Shown here in pieces: positions 18,457-27,635 of a stretch of DNA of 64,000 bases (positions are counted from its first letter, which is position 1; each line of letters opens with the position of its first letter). The notes beneath the pieces are model-generated. The model did not search any database and had not been told where the DNA came from. It was given only the letters and a program-made list of their open reading frames with translations. The position numbers and the translations under genes are program-made. Origin of the DNA: Patescibacteria group bacterium (lineage in GTDB: Bacteria; Patescibacteriota; Saccharimonadia; Saccharimonadales; UBA4665); NCBI GenBank assembly GCA_038064395.1, contig JBBTTE010000004.1, positions 37,342 through 101,341 on the forward strand, written 5' to 3'.

Positions 18457-18825
18457 GTGGTAGAAGTCAGCGAAGAAGAGTTTCAGCGTCTGATCGATGA
18501 GGCGCTGGGCGAGTTGCCCAAGCAGCAAGTCGAAAACATCAAGAACGTCGCGATCCTGTACGAAGATTTGCCTACGGAGGATCAGCGAGCCAAAACTAAT
18601 CTGCATCCCAACCAAACTCTGCTAGGGCTGTACGAAGGTATTCCGCTAACTAAGCGTCAGGGTATGAGTACGACTTTGCCCGACAAGATAACTCTATTCA
18701 GGGTTCCGTTGCAGTACCAGTCTAATACTCCAGCCGAGCTCAAAGAGAATATTAAGCACACGCTGTGGCATGAAATAGCCCATTACTTTGGGCTAGATCA
18801 CGACCGAATTCACGAACTAGAGTAA
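18457..18825 (+). CDS. zincin-like metallopeptidase family protein (DUF1025-like)
   Basis: The C-terminal HEIAHYFG (HExxH) lies in a 122-aa acidic protein. The GTG start abuts the lysK stop. Confidence 0.7.
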   Translation: MVEVSEEEFQRLIDEALGELPKQQVENIKNVAILYEDLPTEDQRAKTNLHPNQTLLGLYEGIPLTKRQGMSTTLPDKITLFRVPLQYQSNTPAELKENIKHTLWHEIAHYFGLDHDRIHELE

Positions 18826-18828
18826 GCT

Positions 18829-19362
18829 CTAAGCTGCTTTCTTGGAAGCGGCCTTCTTGCCAGTATAGCTAGCACGAACCTGGAACAAGAAGTATGCACC
18901 AATAGCTGAGCCAATCAGTGAACCAATTAGGTTGCCGACACCGCCGTAGCTGGTGAATAGAACTACTACCCCATAAACTACGTTCAATAGTGCTGCGTAG
19001 AATAGCAAGTTCCAACCTGACTTCTTGCGATCACGCAAACCAGGGAAGGCGGCAATGTAGATCAATGCTTCAATTGTTAGTACTGCGAGACCAACCCAAA
19101 TACCAGCACTCAGTCTATTAACGTCTGCTACAGCAGGTCCGCCGTAAGCAGCGCTAAGAGTGTTAGCGTAATTGATCAAGCTACTGGCTGCGTGTGCCCA
19201 TGTCCAGACACCGTAAGCTGCCCAAAGGCTCAGAAGACCAAAAACAAGGCTCAACCAAGGGAGCCATTCCACTAACATTTTCTTACCACCTGCCGGTAAC
19301 GCCGGTGCGTTCTTAACGAATAAATCGTCCAGTGATTTTTCTATAGGTTCTAGAGCACTCAT
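18829..19362 (-). CDS. membrane protein, 4 predicted TM helices, unknown function
   Basis: Hydrophobic ORF with a Lys-rich C-terminus. The minus-strand TTGCAA-17-TACATT and a GGGAG SD lie upstream. Confidence 0.5.
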   Translation of the reverse strand: MSALEPIEKSLDDLFVKNAPALPAGGKKMLVEWLPWLSLVFGLLSLWAAYGVWTWAHAASSLINYANTLSAAYGGPAVADVNRLSAGIWVGLAVLTIEALIYIAAFPGLRDRKKSGWNLLFYAALLNVVYGVVVLFTSYGGVGNLIGSLIGSAIGAYFLFQVRASYTGKKAASKKAA

Positions 19363-19489
19363 ATTGATCTCCCAACTCGCTATTATCTTAATAAGCTTAA
19401 TGTATGCTTAATGAGTAAAGTTTGCAACACCTTATGCACAACTTCAGTAATTATTTTTACTTCCTAGGTTTGCCGTATAATGTAATCAC

Positions 19490-19789
19490 ATGACGAAAAC
19501 TCGCGAACATCGCAAAATCCAAAACATTTGGAACAAAATATGGAAGGACGAGAAAGGGCAAGTCGTTATCTGGCAAATGCCGAATAAGTGGCTGATTGGC
19601 TGGGCGGGATTTACGTGCCTGTCGTTGCTAGTTAGCGGGTGGACTGCCGATGTGTTGTCTTGGATTGCCTCGGGATCGTTGATTACTTGGGCTGCGCTTG
19701 AGATTACCCAAGGCGCTAACTACTTTCGTCGTGTCTTCGGTCTTGTAATTCTGGGCTTTTCTATCGCTACTGTGCTTAAGAGCCTATAA
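19490..19789 (+). CDS. small membrane protein, unknown function
   Basis: 99 aa with 2-3 hydrophobic helices. TATAAT at 19476-19481 ends 8 nt before the ATG. Confidence 0.45.
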   Translation: MTKTREHRKIQNIWNKIWKDEKGQVVIWQMPNKWLIGWAGFTCLSLLVSGWTADVLSWIASGSLITWAALEITQGANYFRRVFGLVILGFSIATVLKSL

Positions 19790-19814
19790 TCTAACTTAGA
19801 AAGAGGCTTTGATT

Positions 19815-20297
19815 ATGGAGAAGGCAATTTTTGCAGCTGGGTGTTTCTGGGGGGTTCAGTATTACTTCGACCAAGTACCAGGAGTCACCAAAAGCATTGT
19901 TGGTTACACGGGCGGTCATACAGACAACCCTAGTTACGAAGCTGTTTGTACTCATACAACCGGACATGCCGAAGCTGTTGAGTTAGAATTTGACCCCGAG
20001 CAGGTTAGTTACGAAGTTCTATGTAAGCAGTTCTTCCATATGCATGACCCAACCCAGCTGAATCGGCAAGGACCTGATGTCGGCGATAGCTATCGTACAG
20101 CTGTTTTTTATATGACAGAGCAACAAAAGACGATCGCTGAAGCTGTAAAGTTAGCCGAACAAGCTAACTTTGACAAACCGATAGTTACCGAGATAACAGA
20201 AGCCACTACGTTTTGGCCAGCCGAAGATTATCATCAAAAGTATGCGGAGAAAACGGGCAGAGGCATGTGCCACATTCCTTATGAGCCTGTAAACTAA
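19815..20297 (+). CDS. msrA: peptide methionine (S)-S-oxide reductase
   Basis: The GCFWG active-site motif is at the N-terminus (MEKAIFAAGCFWG). The ATG at 19815 is preceded by GAAAGAGG. Confidence 0.93.
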   Translation: MEKAIFAAGCFWGVQYYFDQVPGVTKSIVGYTGGHTDNPSYEAVCTHTTGHAEAVELEFDPEQVSYEVLCKQFFHMHDPTQLNRQGPDVGDSYRTAVFYMTEQQKTIAEAVKLAEQANFDKPIVTEITEATTFWPAEDYHQKYAEKTGRGMCHIPYEPVN

Positions 20298-20301
20298 TCT
20301 C

Positions 20302-20922
20302 ATGGCAGCAATTATCTTCGACATGGACGGCACGATAGCTGATAGCTTTGACTATGTGCTTGGGTTTTTGCTCAAGCAAGGCAAGCTGCCGCCACTTAAC
20401 GAACGCGACAAGGATAAGCTGCGTAACTTATCAATGGTAGGTATGGCTCATCACCTCGGCTTCCGTCGGTGGCAGCTGCTTTTTTTGTTCTTCAAAGGTA
20501 GGCGCTTAATGAGTCGGTCTATTGAGAAGGTTCAGCCTTTTGAGGGTACGCCTGAGATAATTCGCAAGCTTCAGGCCGAAGGACACGAATTATTCATCAT
20601 CAGTAGTAATAATTCACGAAATGTTAATCATTTTTTGCGTCATCACAAGCTGTATCAATACTTTACAAAAGTTTATGGCGGGGTGGGGTGGTTCGGCAAA
20701 GCACCTGCCTTACGCCGGCTGCTACGAGAGCAAAGCGTGGATGTCAAAGATGCCGTATATATTGGTGATGAATTACGAGATGTCGAAGCAGCCAAATCCG
20801 TTGGGATGAGAGTCGTGGCGGTAAGTTGGGGTTTTGCTAATCGCAGCAACTTGCAGGCTCTCAAGCCGACCGCCGTTGTCGATAATCGTGAAGAATTAAT
20901 GAAAATACTCGAAGAGATCTAG
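20302..20922 (+). CDS. HAD superfamily hydrolase (phosphoglycolate phosphatase-like)
   Basis: Motif I is IIFDMDGTIADS. A motif III/IV-like segment GDELRDVEAAKSVG is present. Confidence 0.8.
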   Translation: MAAIIFDMDGTIADSFDYVLGFLLKQGKLPPLNERDKDKLRNLSMVGMAHHLGFRRWQLLFLFFKGRRLMSRSIEKVQPFEGTPEIIRKLQAEGHELFIISSNNSRNVNHFLRHHKLYQYFTKVYGGVGWFGKAPALRRLLREQSVDVKDAVYIGDELRDVEAAKSVGMRVVAVSWGFANRSNLQALKPTAVVDNREELMKILEEI

Positions 20923-20941
20923 CAGTCTTCTGCCAAGCTGT

Positions 20942-20950
20942 TGCTATACT
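20942..20950 (+). promoter_or_regulatory. extended -10 TGcTATACT, 8 nt before the ATG at 20959
   Basis: Read directly from the sequence. Confidence 0.5.
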
Positions 20951-20958
20951 GTAGGCAT

Positions 20959-21735
20959 ATGGCATACACGAGACGGAGTTCAGCGCCCTACGCTCCAGGG
21001 CAGGCGACGGCCTTCAAGGTCAGTCGTTCCAAGATCGAATTATTCATGCAGTGTCCACGTTGCTTCTGGCTTGATACGCGGATGAAGATTAGGCGCCCGA
21101 GTGGTCCGCCGTTCAACATCAATAAGACAATTGATGAACTTTATAAGAAGGAATTCGATCGTCACCGAGCATCTGGTACGCCTCACCCGATTATGGCGGA
21201 TAATCAGATCAAGGCTGTGCCTTATCAGCACCAAGATCTCGATAAGTGGCGTTATAACTTCACAGGAATAGTGACTGTCCACGAACCGACTAATCTACAC
21301 GTTTTTGGTGCTCTAGATGATGTTTGGGTCGATGAAGACGGTGAGCTGATCGTTGTTGATTACAAGGCCACCTCCAAGAACAAAGAGGTGAGCATCGACT
21401 CCGATTGGCAAATCAGCTACAAGCGCCAGCTAGAGGTTTATCAATGGCTACTGCGCCAGAACGGTTTCCTTGTCAGCGACACTGGCTACTTCGTCTACAC
21501 GAATGCCCGTGTTGATGTTGACGCCTTCGGCGACAAGCTTGAGTTCTTCACTAAGCTCATTCCGTACACCGGTAACGATGCCTGGATTGAACCAACTCTG
21601 GTAAAAATGAAGGCCTGTATGGACAACGACACGATGCCACCAGTAGGTGATGCTGCTATGGGTGGTCCGTGTGATTTCTGCAGCTATGCTCGCTCACGTA
21701 CAGAACTCACGCTCAAAGCCCTCAGAAGTAAGTAA
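20959..21735 (+). CDS. PD-(D/E)XK nuclease superfamily protein (Cas4/RecB-nuclease-like, stand-alone)
   Basis: FMQCPRCFWL, GALDDVW..LIVVDYK (D..D/ExK) and QLEVYQWLL (QxxxY) are present, with C-terminal cysteines (KAC, CDFC). Confidence 0.7.
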   Translation: MAYTRRSSAPYAPGQATAFKVSRSKIELFMQCPRCFWLDTRMKIRRPSGPPFNINKTIDELYKKEFDRHRASGTPHPIMADNQIKAVPYQHQDLDKWRYNFTGIVTVHEPTNLHVFGALDDVWVDEDGELIVVDYKATSKNKEVSIDSDWQISYKRQLEVYQWLLRQNGFLVSDTGYFVYTNARVDVDAFGDKLEFFTKLIPYTGNDAWIEPTLVKMKACMDNDTMPPVGDAAMGGPCDFCSYARSRTELTLKALRSK

Positions 21736-21758
21736 TTTTATTATGTCTCGATAGGCAA

Positions 21759-21823
21759 GTATATCGATTAGATATACTTTTGATATCTTTTGCATATAGA
21801 ATTGATATGGTGGCCAAATTAGT
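21759..21823. repeat. 11-bp phased ATAT-core array (family copy C) with conserved tail ATATGGTnnnCAAATTAGT
   Basis: ATAT cores start at 21761, 21772, 21783, 21794 and 21805, an exact 11-bp spacing. The tail at 21805-21823 matches 32692-32710 at 16 of 19 positions. Confidence 0.75.
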
Positions 21824-21864
21824 AACGTAAATTCCAAACAGAACCCATTAGTAAACCGATAAGC

Positions 21865-21870
21865 TATAAT
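21865..21870 (+). promoter_or_regulatory. -10 TATAAT, 7 nt before the serS ATG at 21878
   Basis: Read directly from the sequence. Confidence 0.5.
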
Positions 21871-21877
21871 TATTATC

Positions 21878-23161
21878 ATGCTAGACATTCAATACATCCG
21901 TGACCACGCTGACGAAGTGGCTGAGAAGTCCAAGCAAAAGGGCTACGATGTCGATATTCAGCAATTGCTGGGCTTCGATAAGGAGCGCCGCGAGCTGATT
22001 GGCCAGGTCGAAGAATTACGCCAACAGCGCAACGAGCTGAACTCTCAGACCAAGGGCAGCAAGCCGAGCGAAGATCAGATAGCCAAAGGCAAGGCTCTAC
22101 GTGATCAAGTAACTGACCTAGAACACAAGCTAGCTTCGATCGAGAAGGAGTACACCATACTACTTAAGACCGTGCCGAACATGCCACTCCAAGAAGTACC
22201 TGTGGGCGCTAGCGAAGACCAAAACGTCGAGGTCAAGAAGCAAGGTGAGCCAACTAAGTTCGATTTCACACCCAAGAGTCACGCCGAAATAGCCGAGGCC
22301 AAGGGCTGGATAGACAAGGAGCGGGCGGCCAAAGTCGCTGGTTCAAGATTTGCATATCTCAAGGGCGACCTAGTTAAGCTGCAGTTCGCAATTATTCAAT
22401 TCGTAATGGACAAGCTGACAGACACTGAATTTCTTGATGCAATCATCAAAGAGAGCAACTTAAAGGTTAGCAATAAGGCATTCACGCCTGTGCTGCCTCC
22501 GTATATGATCCGAACTGAAGTTTACGATGCCATGGATCGCCTCGAGCCGCGTGAAGATCGCTACAAACTGGAGAATGATGATCAGTGGTTGCAGGGCAGT
22601 GCCGAGCATGTTCTTGGCAGCATGCATATGAAAGAGGACATTCCTTATGATGACCTACCTGTACGTTACCTAGGCTACGCTACAAGCTTCCGTCGTGAGG
22701 CTGGTACTTACGGCAAGGACACCGAGGGTATTTTTCGCATGCACCAGTTCGACAAGCTAGAGATGGAGAGCATAACAGATGAGACTACTGGCTTAGATGA
22801 GCACAAATTCCTTGTAGCCATTCAGGAAAAGCTCATGCAAGAGTTGCAAATACCGTACAGATTGTTAGAGAAATGCACCGCTGACATTGGTAAGCCCAAC
22901 GCCAAAGGCATGGACATCGATGCCTGGCTGCCAGGCCAGAACCAGTACCGCGAAACACACACCGCTGACTATATGACTGACTATCAGTCACGACGCATGA
23001 ACCTTACATACAGCAAAGGTTTAACACACACCAACGACGCCACAGCCTTCGCGCTAGGCCGCACTATGATAGCTGTCATAGAGAACTATCAAACAGCCGA
23101 AGGCGACGTCAAAATACCAATGGTACTGCAGCCCTTCATGGGTGGCAGAGCAGAAATTTAG
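21878..23161 (+). CDS. serS: seryl-tRNA synthetase
   Basis: N-terminal coiled coil (MLDIQYIRDH..), class II motifs (FRREAGTYGKDTEGIFRMHQF) and a length of 427 aa. Confidence 0.95.
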   Translation: MLDIQYIRDHADEVAEKSKQKGYDVDIQQLLGFDKERRELIGQVEELRQQRNELNSQTKGSKPSEDQIAKGKALRDQVTDLEHKLASIEKEYTILLKTVPNMPLQEVPVGASEDQNVEVKKQGEPTKFDFTPKSHAEIAEAKGWIDKERAAKVAGSRFAYLKGDLVKLQFAIIQFVMDKLTDTEFLDAIIKESNLKVSNKAFTPVLPPYMIRTEVYDAMDRLEPREDRYKLENDDQWLQGSAEHVLGSMHMKEDIPYDDLPVRYLGYATSFRREAGTYGKDTEGIFRMHQFDKLEMESITDETTGLDEHKFLVAIQEKLMQELQIPYRLLEKCTADIGKPNAKGMDIDAWLPGQNQYRETHTADYMTDYQSRRMNLTYSKGLTHTNDATAFALGRTMIAVIENYQTAEGDVKIPMVLQPFMGGRAEI

Positions 23162-23209
23162 CCAAGATCCAAGTTGTCGACAGAGCGTATAATGTAAGTA
23201 GGAGGACAA

Positions 23210-23572
23210 ATGATACAAAAATTTGAAATTAACGGTGTGCACACGGTAGTTGACGACAAGCTTAGGGCTTACGTGACTAAGAAGATTGGTGGCCTCGATC
23301 GCTACATATCTAAGCACAGCCGCGAGAGTGCTCACTGCGAAGTCCATCTTAAGGAAGGCAAGACCAAGAACAATAATCACTGCATATGTGAAGTCACATT
23401 AAGGCTGCCACACCAAACAATTGTTATCAAAGAGAGCGCTCTCAATATGTACGCTGCCGTTGATATTGTAGAGGCTAAGCTCAAACAACAACTCCAGAAG
23501 TACAAAGATCTCCATGGCAGCGGCAAGAGCCAGCGGCACTTGTTTGCGCGCTTCCGCCGTCGTTCAACATGA
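23210..23572 (+). CDS. hpf: ribosome hibernation/translation inhibition factor (short HPF/RaiA family)
   Basis: The sigma54-modulation/S30EA pattern is present (IQKFEINGVHTVVDDKLRAYVTKKI). An AGGAGG SD precedes the gene and its position upstream of secA matches Firmicutes. Confidence 0.85.
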   Translation: MIQKFEINGVHTVVDDKLRAYVTKKIGGLDRYISKHSRESAHCEVHLKEGKTKNNNHCICEVTLRLPHQTIVIKESALNMYAAVDIVEAKLKQQLQKYKDLHGSGKSQRHLFARFRRRST

Positions 23573-23685
23573 AGTAGAATATACGGCAAATAAAGGTCGC
23601 TTTTGGGCTGCAAAACAGCTATAATTTAAGTTATAAATTTGTTAGACATTCGTAACGGGGAGAGAAGGGTACAAACAGAGGGCTA

Positions 23686-26295
23686 ATGAATATTGTCTTT
23701 AAGAAAATTCTGGGTGATCCGCAGGCCAAGACGGTCAAGCGGTTGCGTAAGCGCGTCAAAGCCGTCAACGCTCTGGCCGATAAGTACTCTAAGATGAACG
23801 ACAAACAGCTTAAGGAACAGACAGAAGTTCTTAAGAAGCGCCTCAAGAAAGAAACTCTAGATCAAATCTTGCCCGATGCCTTTGCAGTCGTGCGTGAAGC
23901 CGCAACTCGCTCACTTGGCATGAGACACTTCGATGTTCAGTTGATTGGCGGCATGGTGCTGCACGAAGGCAACGTGGCCGAAATGAAAACCGGTGAAGGT
24001 AAGACTCTTGTGGCCACAGCACCACTTTATCTCAATGCCCTGACAGGAAAGGGTGCTCATGTCGTTACGGTTAACGATTATCTGGCCCAGCGTGATGCCG
24101 GTTGGATGGCGCAAGTTTATTACTTCCTAGGTCTCGACACCGGTGTTATTCTTGGTGATCAGAGCTACATTTATGACCCGGCCTTTACCAACAATGAGCA
24201 TGAGGATGAGCGTTTCCACCATCTTAAGCCAGCGACTCGTCAAGAGGCTTATGCAGCTGATGTAACATACGGAACCAATAATGAGTACGGATTCGACTAT
24301 CTAAGAGACAACATGGTTCGTGAAGAAGACCAGCTGCGCCAACGCGACTTGCATTATGCGATCGTTGACGAAGTTGACTCCATTCTAGTCGACGAAGCTC
24401 GAACACCGCTCATTATTAGTGCACCAAGTGTTACTAGCGGTAATGCTTACGCACAATTCTCCAAAGTCGTAATACAACTAGTGAAGGAGAAGCACTTCGA
24501 GACTGACGAGAAGCGCAAGACTGTTATCTTGAATGATGCTGGAGTAGAGAAAGTCCAGAAGATACTAGGTATCGACAATCTCTACGGCTCAGACAATATC
24601 AGGACGATTTATCACTTGCAGCAGGCGCTGCGAGCCCACGCATTGTTCACACGTGACAAAGATTACGTCGTAACTCAGGAAGGCGAAGTTGTTATTGTCG
24701 ATGAGTTCACAGGTCGTTTGCTAGCTGGTCGTCGCTACAACGAAGGTCTGCACCAAGCTATCGAGGCCAAAGAAGGTGTCGAAGTTCAGCAGGAGAGCAT
24801 GACACTGGCTACTATTTCTTTCCAGAACTATTTCCGTTTGTACAACAAGTTGGCAGGTATGACGGGTACGGCGCTAACCGAAGCCGAAGAATTCCACCAG
24901 ATATATAAGTTAGATGTGGTGGAAATCCCATCCAATCGTATCATTGCCCGAAACGACAAGACCGACCGCATTTACCGCACCGAAAAGGATAAGTTCAAAG
25001 CCATTGTTCGTGAGGTCAAAACTCTTCACACCAAGGGGCAGCCAGTCCTGATTGGTACCGTATCAATTGAGAAGAACGAAGCCCTAGGCTCAATGCTCAA
25101 GAAGGCCGCTGTTCCGCACCAAGTGCTTAACGCCAAGAACAACGAACGTGAAGCTAAGATCGTCTCACAAGCTGGTGAAAAGGGTGCCGTAACACTAGCC
25201 ACCAACATTGCTGGTCGTGGTACTGACATCGTTCTAGGCGATGGTGTCAAAGATCTTGGCGGTCTATTCGTACTAGGTTCGGAGCGTCACGAGTCACGCC
25301 GTATCGACAACCAGTTGCGTGGTCGTGCAGGTCGTCAGGGTGACCCTGGAGTAACCCAGTTCTTCGTTAGTACCGAAGATGACTTGATGCGTATATTCGG
25401 CGGCGACAAGATTGCCAACATTATGAACCGACTCAAGGTAGAGGGCGACGTACCGATCGAGAACCGCCTCATAAGTAAGTCACTAGAAGGTGCTCAGAAG
25501 AAGGTTGAAGGCTTCCACTTCGACCAACGTAAGAGCGTTGTGCAATACGACGATGTTATGAACCGACACCGTAAGGCTATCTATGCTATGCGCCGTGAAA
25601 TACTACGCTCTGAGAACATCAGCAAGCGTATCAAGATTATGGTCAGTGACCTTTGCCATGACTTGGCAACTTCATCTTTAGTAACAACTGACAAGTTCGA
25701 GGATGCTCTCCGTGAGGCATTTCCGTTTGATGAGTCTACGCTGGATCGTTTGTTCGATACCGATGCGACTAAGTTCGAGAAGGTTCTTAAGACCGAAGCT
25801 TCTGAGCTATACGAAGCTCGCGAAGTAGCATTTACCGAAGATATCCTGCACAAAGTCGAGCGTGATATTTACTTGCAAGTTCTCGATAATCTCTGGATGC
25901 AACACCTTGAGAACATGGATCACCTGAGGGAAGGAATCCACTGGATGAGCGTTGGCCAACAAGACCCATTGGTTGAATACCGCCGCCGTGGACAGCTACT
26001 GTTCGATGACCTTCAGAATAGTCTAAGACACGATGTCGTAAGGGCTCTATTCCACGCCCAGCCAGTTTCTCAAGAAGACCTGGATCGTGCTACCGAGACC
26101 GAACTAACCCTAGCTGCCCGTGGCTCAGTCAGCAACGCGGCGCAGATTACATCCAGCGAGACCGAATTCGAGGCCAAAGATTTCACTGACAAAGAAACAG
26201 CTAGGGCGACCCAGAAGCAGCAAACAACTAAGCGCAAGAAGTCTCGCAAGACTGAGCGTAAGCGCAAGACCGCTGCCAAGCGACGGAAGAAATAG
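23686..26295 (+). CDS. secA: preprotein translocase ATPase SecA (no C-terminal zinc-finger; Lys/Arg-rich tail)
   Basis: MKTGEGKTLVATAP, DEVDSILVDEARTPLIIS and TNIAGRGTDI are present. The protein ends ...KRKKSRKTERKRKTAAKRRKK with no Cys cluster. Confidence 0.97.
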   Translation: MNIVFKKILGDPQAKTVKRLRKRVKAVNALADKYSKMNDKQLKEQTEVLKKRLKKETLDQILPDAFAVVREAATRSLGMRHFDVQLIGGMVLHEGNVAEMKTGEGKTLVATAPLYLNALTGKGAHVVTVNDYLAQRDAGWMAQVYYFLGLDTGVILGDQSYIYDPAFTNNEHEDERFHHLKPATRQEAYAADVTYGTNNEYGFDYLRDNMVREEDQLRQRDLHYAIVDEVDSILVDEARTPLIISAPSVTSGNAYAQFSKVVIQLVKEKHFETDEKRKTVILNDAGVEKVQKILGIDNLYGSDNIRTIYHLQQALRAHALFTRDKDYVVTQEGEVVIVDEFTGRLLAGRRYNEGLHQAIEAKEGVEVQQESMTLATISFQNYFRLYNKLAGMTGTALTEAEEFHQIYKLDVVEIPSNRIIARNDKTDRIYRTEKDKFKAIVREVKTLHTKGQPVLIGTVSIEKNEALGSMLKKAAVPHQVLNAKNNEREAKIVSQAGEKGAVTLATNIAGRGTDIVLGDGVKDLGGLFVLGSERHESRRIDNQLRGRAGRQGDPGVTQFFVSTEDDLMRIFGGDKIANIMNRLKVEGDVPIENRLISKSLEGAQKKVEGFHFDQRKSVVQYDDVMNRHRKAIYAMRREILRSENISKRIKIMVSDLCHDLATSSLVTTDKFEDALREAFPFDESTLDRLFDTDATKFEKVLKTEASELYEAREVAFTEDILHKVERDIYLQVLDNLWMQHLENMDHLREGIHWMSVGQQDPLVEYRRRGQLLFDDLQNSLRHDVVRALFHAQPVSQEDLDRATETELTLAARGSVSNAAQITSSETEFEAKDFTDKETARATQKQQTTKRKKSRKTERKRKTAAKRRKK

Positions 26296-26303
26296 TACCG
26301 AGC

Positions 26304-27635
26304 ATGCGACACACGGTTTCCGAAGTCGGCCTTAAGAATGGTGCCAAAGGTCTGTTAATCAATATTCCTGATGCTTCGGTCATGACAATCGATATCAACT
26401 TCAGAGCTGGTGAATACCTAGTCGTACCTGATAAGTGGGAAGTGCCACATCTTATGGAACATGTGCTACTAGGTGCCAACGAGTTAATTCCCAAGGCTAG
26501 AGACTTCCAGGCTGAGCTAGAGAAGAACGGTGCTTACAGTAACGCTACGACTGGTGTTTATGACATTAACTATGAGGCCGAATGTGCTGACTTCGAATGG
26601 GATCGGGTGCTTGGACTGCTGCTGGCAGCGATTACCAAGCCATTATTCCTGGAGGAAGAGTTCAAGGCTGAATTCGGAAATGTCCAAGAAGAAATGACGG
26701 CTCGCAGCAACAACCATTTCCGTCGTCTGAGTCTGGAGATGCGTAAGGCGCTAGGCCTGATCGCTAAGACTGATACTGAGCGTCTAGAGTTGATGGCCAA
26801 TGTGAGTGTCGAAGACGTCCGTGAACACTACAAGCGAACTCACAATGCGCCTAACATGCGGTTTGTGATTGCTGGCAATCTGTCTGGCGGCCGACGTAAG
26901 TCAGTTACTAGTCTGTTAGAGAACATTGAATTGCCAACTGACGGCGAACGCTTTGCGCTACCTAGTGAGCAGGCTAGAAGTCTACTTAAGCCCGTTTATA
27001 TTACTAATGACACCGTAGAGAACCTATATTTCTACATAGATACCTTCACCAAGCGTCGCTTGGAAGATGCCGAGACAGACGCACTCAATCTAGTTAACAC
27101 AATGCTGACCGAAACACTTTATTCCAAGATTCTTGGTACTGCTCGCGAGCAGGGTCTGGTCTATGGCATGAACTCAGGCGTTAGCCAGACGCACGATTCC
27201 AGCAACTGGTGGTTCGGTGCCCAAGTCTCTGACAAGAATGCCAAGCCACTCTTGCACATAGTTGAGCATGAGCTGGTCAAAGTTCTCAAGGGTGATATAT
27301 CAGAGGAAGAAATCGAAGCTACCAAGCAGTACGCTCTAGGTCGTTTCCAACGTGGCGCCCAGACGGTGGGCGGTACGGCCGCAGGTTACGCTGGTCGCTA
27401 CTTCTTCGATGGCGTGATTGACGATTATTACCACATACCGCGCCGCATTAAGGCAGTCGATAAGCAGCAAATTGTTGATGTTGCCAAGTCCATGTTCGCC
27501 GATAATGTTTGGGGCTTCGGTGTCTTAGGTAATTGCGGGCCAGAGTTTGCAACCGAACTTAAGACGCAGCTTAAGCCGCTCTGGAGTAAGCCAGCCGTAG
27601 CCTCAAAAGGGGAAGGTCATGGACGACCGGCTTAA
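26304..27635 (+). CDS. M16 family (pitrilysin/insulinase-like) zinc peptidase
   Basis: The inverted zinc motif HxxEH is present as HLMEH near the N-terminus. The two-domain length is about 440 aa. Confidence 0.8.
   Translation: MRHTVSEVGLKNGAKGLLINIPDASVMTIDINFRAGEYLVVPDKWEVPHLMEHVLLGANELIPKARDFQAELEKNGAYSNATTGVYDINYEAECADFEWDRVLGLLLAAITKPLFLEEEFKAEFGNVQEEMTARSNNHFRRLSLEMRKALGLIAKTDTERLELMANVSVEDVREHYKRTHNAPNMRFVIAGNLSGGRRKSVTSLLENIELPTDGERFALPSEQARSLLKPVYITNDTVENLYFYIDTFTKRRLEDAETDALNLVNTMLTETLYSKILGTAREQGLVYGMNSGVSQTHDSSNWWFGAQVSDKNAKPLLHIVEHELVKVLKGDISEEEIEATKQYALGRFQRGAQTVGGTAAGYAGRYFFDGVIDDYYHIPRRIKAVDKQQIVDVAKSMFADNVWGFGVLGNCGPEFATELKTQLKPLWSKPAVASKGEGHGRPA

Noticed and set aside
21736-21877. 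A T-box leader upstream of serS (GGTGG lies within ATATGGTGGCC).
   Set aside because: The conserved T-box core (…GGTGNTACCGCG…) and a terminator/antiterminator pair are absent. The -10 box lies 7 nt from the ATG, leaving no leader.
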